Assembly (NCBI RefSeq): GCF_009914755.1
Contig: NC_060938.1
Origin: the human T2T-CHM13v2.0 reference genome, Homo sapiens
DNA: 64,000 nt
Strand: one strand, 5' to 3'
The notes under the pieces are model-generated. The model was not told the origin of the DNA. It saw only the letters and a list, made by a program, of their open reading frames with translations, and did no database searches. Shown piece by piece: positions 58,846-64,000 of this stretch. How positions within the stretch are numbered: position 1 is the first letter of the stretch; every line of letters begins with the position of its first letter. The translations under genes were made by a program, and so were the position numbers.

Positions 58846-60765
58846 TTTTACTAATAGTTTTATAGTGTCAGATCTTACATTTAAGTTTTTAATTTACTTG
58901 GAGTGGACTTTTTATAGTGCTAGATTTAGTGGTCTAATTTCATTGTTTTGTGTATGAGTATACGGCACCTTTTCCCAGCATCTTTTGTTGAAGAGGGTGT
59001 CCTTTCCCTAATGAATGTTCTTGGAGGCATTGTTGAAAACCAGTTGGCTGTAAATATGTGAATTTGTTTCTGTTCTCTACTCTGTTCCATTGGTCGAAGT
59101 GTCTATTTTTATACCAATATCATGCTGTTTGATTACTATATCTTTGTGGAGTATTTTGAAATCAGCTATGTGATGCCTCCAGCTTTATGTATTTATTTAT
59201 TTTGCTCATGATTGTTTTAGCTGTTTGGGTCTGTGGGGTTCTGTATGAATTTTAGGATTTCTTTTTTCTGTTATTGTGAACTATGCCATGGGAATTTTGA
59301 CAGAGACTGTATCGATTCTGGAAATTGCTTTGCGTGGCATGGTCATTTTAACAAAACTAATTCTTTCCATTCATGAGCATGAGATGTCTTTCCATTTGTT
59401 TGTGTTCTTTTTAATTTCTTTCTTCAGTGTTTTGTAGTTTACCTTGTTGAGGTCTTTCATTTCCTTGGGCAAATTAATTTCCTGGTAATTTTTTAGCTCT
59501 TGTAAATGGGATTGCTTTCTTGATATTTTGTTTTCAAACAGCTCATTATTGGTGCATAGAAACACTTCTTATTTTTGTATGTTGATTTTGTATTTTGCAA
59601 CATTACTGAATTGATCAATTCCAAGAGTTTTTCAGTGGCTTTTCTATATATAAAATCAGGTCATCTGCAAAGAGAGACAAGTTGCCTTTCTCTTTTCCAA
59701 GTTGGATGCTTTTTATTTCTTTCTCTTGCTTGATTGCTCTAGCTAGAACTTCTAGTACTTTGTTGAATAAGTGTCAAAAGTAGGCATCCTTATCTTGTTT
59801 CAGCACTTAGAGGAAAGATTTTCAGCTTTTTCCCATTCAGTATTATGTTAGCTGTGGGTTTGTCATATATAGTCTTCATTGTGTTGAGAAATGTCCTTTC
59901 TATATATAATCTATTTAGAGTATTTATAATAAAGGGATATTAAGTTTTGTTAATATTTTTAGTATCTATTGGGATGCTTCTATGGTTTTTGTCCTTTACC
60001 CTGTTAATATGATCATAGTTATTGATTTGTAGATTTGCATATTGACTTGGGTATGTTGAACTATCCTTGCATCCCTTTGATAAATCTCACTTGTTCATGG
60101 TATATTATCGTTCTGATGTGTTGTTGGATTTAGTTTGCTAGTATTTTCTTGAGAATTTTTGCATCTGTGTTCTTTGGGGGTATCGACTTGTAGTTTTCAT
60201 TCTTTGTTGTGTCCTTGTCTGATTTTGGTGTCAAAGTAATGCTGACCTTGTAGAATCAGTTAGAAAGAACTCTCTCTCTTCTTCAGCTTTTTAGAGTAGT
60301 TGAGAAGAATTGGTGTTCAATCTTCTGATAAGTTTGGTAGAATTTAGCAGTAGAGCCAGCAGGTACTGGGCTCTTTGTTGAGAGGCTTTATTACTAATTC
60401 AATATGATTACTCATTATTGATCTGTTCAGGTTTTCTATTTCTTTCTTATTCAATGTTTGTAGGTTGTATATGTCCAGGAATTTATTAATTTCCTGAAGT
60501 TTTTTAAAAAATATTTTAGTATATAGTTGTTCATAATTATCTCTGATGATCCTTTCCTGGAAATATTTTAAGTATTATTTTCCTGGGTAATATACTTTTC
60601 CTCAGTCATTAAGGTGAAATATGATTGAGCTCCTAATTTTATACTTACCGTTTCTAAGGATAGAGTAGGGGACAAATCATAAAATGTCCCCGCTTTCATG
60701 CATCTTATATTTTAATGGTAGAGGTTAAAAATTAAAGAATAAATAACAAATTTATTATGTTAGAT

Positions 60766-60991
60766 TAGGGTTTATCAACCTTAATAAAATTGACATTTTG
60801 AACCATTAATTATTGTTGTTATGGGCCATTGTCTTGTTTATTTTATGTTTAACGGCATCCCTGGCTTCTTCCCACTAGATGCTGGGACACCTGACCTAAT
60901 GGTCATGGGAATCAAAAATATCTCCAAATATTTCTAAATGTTCCTGAGGTTTAAGCTGGGGGATAATATTGACCCCAGTAGAGAATGACTG
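60766..60991 (-). mobile_element. MER20 hAT-Charlie element
   Basis: Runs 'agggtttatcaacc...gcatccctggcttcttcccactagatgc...ccccagtagagaatgactg'. Confidence 0.8.
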
Positions 60992-61451
60992 GAGTAATGA
61001 TACTGCAATGGAAAAATACAAATAACTAGAATAGGACTGAACTGTGTGGTAGGTGGGTTGATTAAGATCTTAAATATTGCCTTCCCAACCCTAACCCTCA
61101 TGATTTGCCACCTTATAAAAAGTGCAGGAATCCCGACATGTCTTTAGAGGCAATGACCCTTGGCTGAAGGTCTTTGCCTGGCTATGTGTCTGCCTGTGTC
61201 AATTACCTTCCTGTGTCAAATCTCATCCATCCCTTGTTGAGCTGAGAACAGTCACTTCCAGGGCAATTTAAATATCTGGTTATGGCACAGCCTAATATAG
61301 GAAAATGCCTTGATGGCTTAGATTTACAGTTCTATACAAATTTGATCATGAGCATTGGTCAAGCATGAGGCTCTATGTGTCCGCCGAGCAAGTGATATTG
61401 TGCTGTATCTTTAAAATGCAGGGTCTCTCTGCCCCAAAAATGTACTTAATT

Positions 61452-61756
61452 GGTCAGGCGCAGTGACTCATGCCTGTAATCCCAGCACTCTGGGAGGCTA
61501 AGGAAGGTGGATCACCTGAGGTTGGGAGTTTGAGACCAGCCTGACCAACATGGAGAACTTTCATCTCTAATAAAAATACAAGATTAGCTGGGTGAGGTGG
61601 TGCATGCCTGTAAACTCAGCTACTTGGGAGGTGAGGCAGGAGAATCGGTTGAACCTGGGAGGCGGAGTTTGCGGTGAGCTGAGATTGCGCCATTGCACTT
61701 CAGCCTGGGCGACAAGAGAAAAACTCCTCCTTTACTCAGAAAAAAAAACCAAAAAA
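61452..61756 (+). mobile_element. AluSp
   Basis: Sp diagnostic 'gggagtttgagaccagcctgaccaacatggagaa'. Confidence 0.9.
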
Positions 61757-61877
61757 ACATAAACTTAATCATAAGTATCAAGTGAATGATCAATGACATC
61801 CAGAAATGATTGTTATTTTAAGCAGCCTACATGGATTATCTCAATTAAAATCCCAATAACATTATGCTCTTACTCAT

Positions 61878-62270
61878 TATATTAGTTTTCTGTGGCTTCC
61901 ATAATAAATATTTATGAATTTGATGAAGTGAAACAAGGAAAATCTGTTCTTCCACCGTTGGGTTCAGAAACCTGAAATCAAGGTTTCAGGGGGTCCACAC
62001 TCCCTCAGAAGGCCCTGGATGAGAATCCATTTTTTACTTCTTCTAGATTTTGATGTCTCCAGGCATTCCTAGTTGTTCCTTGGTTTGTGGCCACATCACT
62101 TCAATTTCTGCCTCCATCTTTGCAGGACCTGTGTGTCTCATCTCCTTTCACATCTCTTTTCTAAGGACACTTAGAAATGGCACTTAGGACACGCTTGGAT
62201 AATCCTAGATAATTTCCTTCTCTGAGATCTTTAGTTTGACTACATCTGTTAATTTATCTGGTAATATTCA
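61878..62270 (-). mobile_element. MLT1C-like MaLR LTR
   Basis: Runs 'tattagttttctgtggct...ccttggtttgtggccacatcacttcaatttctgcctccatctt'. Confidence 0.8.
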
Positions 62271-63853
62271 CATTGACCACTCTTTTGTCTACCTAGACCC
62301 TATTGTTTTTTCAAGACCATGGATAAACTCAATCAGCTCAAAAAGTTTCCCTCTGGGTATTGTAGACAACTTCAATATTTCGTTTAAAATTTGTTTGAAA
62401 TTATAACATAATAGCTTACTATACTTTTTCCTTATTTCAGGAATCATACCTTCCCTGTTTCAAATAACAAGCATCAAGCATCGTGATAATGTGGACACTA
62501 AGGAGCAACAATTTCTCTAAAGATAAGAATAAAGATAGACTTTTAGACTACGAGATGGGCCTGAAAAAATATCTGATCAAGCTACTCAGTTTTACAGATG
62601 AGGAAGGTGAAGCCTGGGAAAACCTAAAGAACCTATATAAGGTTCTCAGATAGACACCATGTTATCTGCTTGAATGAAGAAAATTTGGTAACATGTTTGC
62701 TGATCTTAATCTACTATACATTTTTTTAGCTTGTCAACTTGAACAAGTTTCTCAATTATTTCCTCATCTATTTTTTCTGATAAACTTAACCAAATCTTGT
62801 AAAATGAATGTTTTGAAAACGTATATCTTAAAGGAGCATTTTCTAATTTAATATTGATGTTTTATTATTTATTGAATCAAGGAAGTTATGCATATTTTGC
62901 ATAAATATGTGCTACCTTATGTATGATAATATTTTTCTCCACAGTCACATATTAATCTGTCCTGACATTTTTCTATAATAAACATCATTATCTGAGACAG
63001 AAATGACAGGAAAAATTTATCCATTTTAATGATATCTAATTAAAATTTGTGTCTAACCTTAATTGAAATATATATATATATTTCAGTTAGTAAAAAAGGA
63101 AAGTCAATTGATGATGCATTAAGTGTCAGCATTATTACATAGAGATTGGAAGACATTAGGTACAAATGTGAATCTGCAAGAGTACCATTTGTATATTGCT
63201 AATTACTTGATACTGTGTCTTTTTAAGAAAGCTGTTACTCTTTATTCACTCTAGAGCATTTCAGACAATTAATTAGGCATTCATTAATAGATGATTAAAC
63301 ATTTTGTCTCTACATTGCTTGAAAGGAGTTGTAAATTACATCTTGCCCATGTTGCTAATTTGCTGTCCAGCAAACAGACTTGCCTGTGGAAATTTTGTAA
63401 ATCAAGCTTATGATATATTGGCCATAGATTGTTTGTCTTCCAATTCCTCTTAGCTGTTGATAATGCAAATCAAGCCACATGAATGATAACCTGACAGAAG
63501 ACACTGCTTTGAAAAGCTATACTCACATTAATACAAACTGTTCAGAATTGTTATGTGGAACATTTCTCTCTATAATTGAGAAGATAAACATGGCAAATAA
63601 TATGCTGCTTCATCAAGTTTTGCATGTGAATCATTCCCAAAGTGAACTTTGAAAAGAGCTCCATAAATTCCATCAGAAAACAATGAAATATAAAACATCA
63701 CAGTCCTTTACCATAGCTAAGCCAGCAAATAAATATCAGGTATAAAAACTCATATTGATAAAAACCAAACTTTACTTAACGTTACAGAAGTCCAAATGAT
63801 TTTATCAAGATAATATGTGATTTAATATGTGAATCTATAATAAAGAATTCTGA

Positions 63854-64000
63854 GGCTGAGTGTGGTGGCTCATGTCTGTAATCCCAGCTCTTTGGGAGAC
63901 CAAGGCGGGTGGATCGCCTGACATTAGGAGTTCGAGACCAACCTGGCCAACATGGCCAGACCCCATCTCTACTAAGAATACAAAAATTAGCCAGGTTTGG
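63854..64000 (+). mobile_element. AluS left arm (cut by window end)
   Basis: Runs 'ggctgagtgtggtggctcatg...ggagttcgagacca'. Confidence 0.92.

Larger units (their letters stand above)
56790..60555 (-). mobile_element. L1MA4/5-like LINE-1 (3'UTR and ORF2), interrupted by Alu and L1PA2
   Basis: Contains 'acatattcatggggtacatgtgatatt'. Minus ORF EMKDLNKVNYKTLKKEIKKNTNKWKDISCS. Confidence 0.88.

Overview
Primate, almost certainly human or great-ape, AT-rich genomic DNA that reads as gene desert or deep intron. I see no credible protein-coding exon, RNA gene or CpG island. The ORF track is explained by Alu, L1, LTR and simple-repeat translations plus chance. Well over half the window is transposon fossils. 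These include Tigger2/2a, Charlie5-like, MER45B and MER20 DNA transposons, about 12 Alus, L1 copies from old L1M to young L1PA2, and many solo LTRs. There are two two-LTR proviruses: a pol-less MER52/HUERS-P3-type element with a tRNA-Pro PBS (14609-20443) and a THE1A-type MaLR (50851-53433). There is also a truncated MER4E provirus fused to an antisense ERVL protease/RT fragment. The most notable signals are three exact DUX4-consensus motifs in THE1 LTRs plus a near-match in MLT2A2, a 67-bp templated copy inside an Alu-tail TA microsatellite, reciprocal microhomology deletions between the MER52 LTRs, and a TSD-less four-element patchwork at 26.7-28.3 kb. I found no convincing novel biological system. 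Subfamily names are recalled from consensus sequences and need RepeatMasker/Dfam confirmation.
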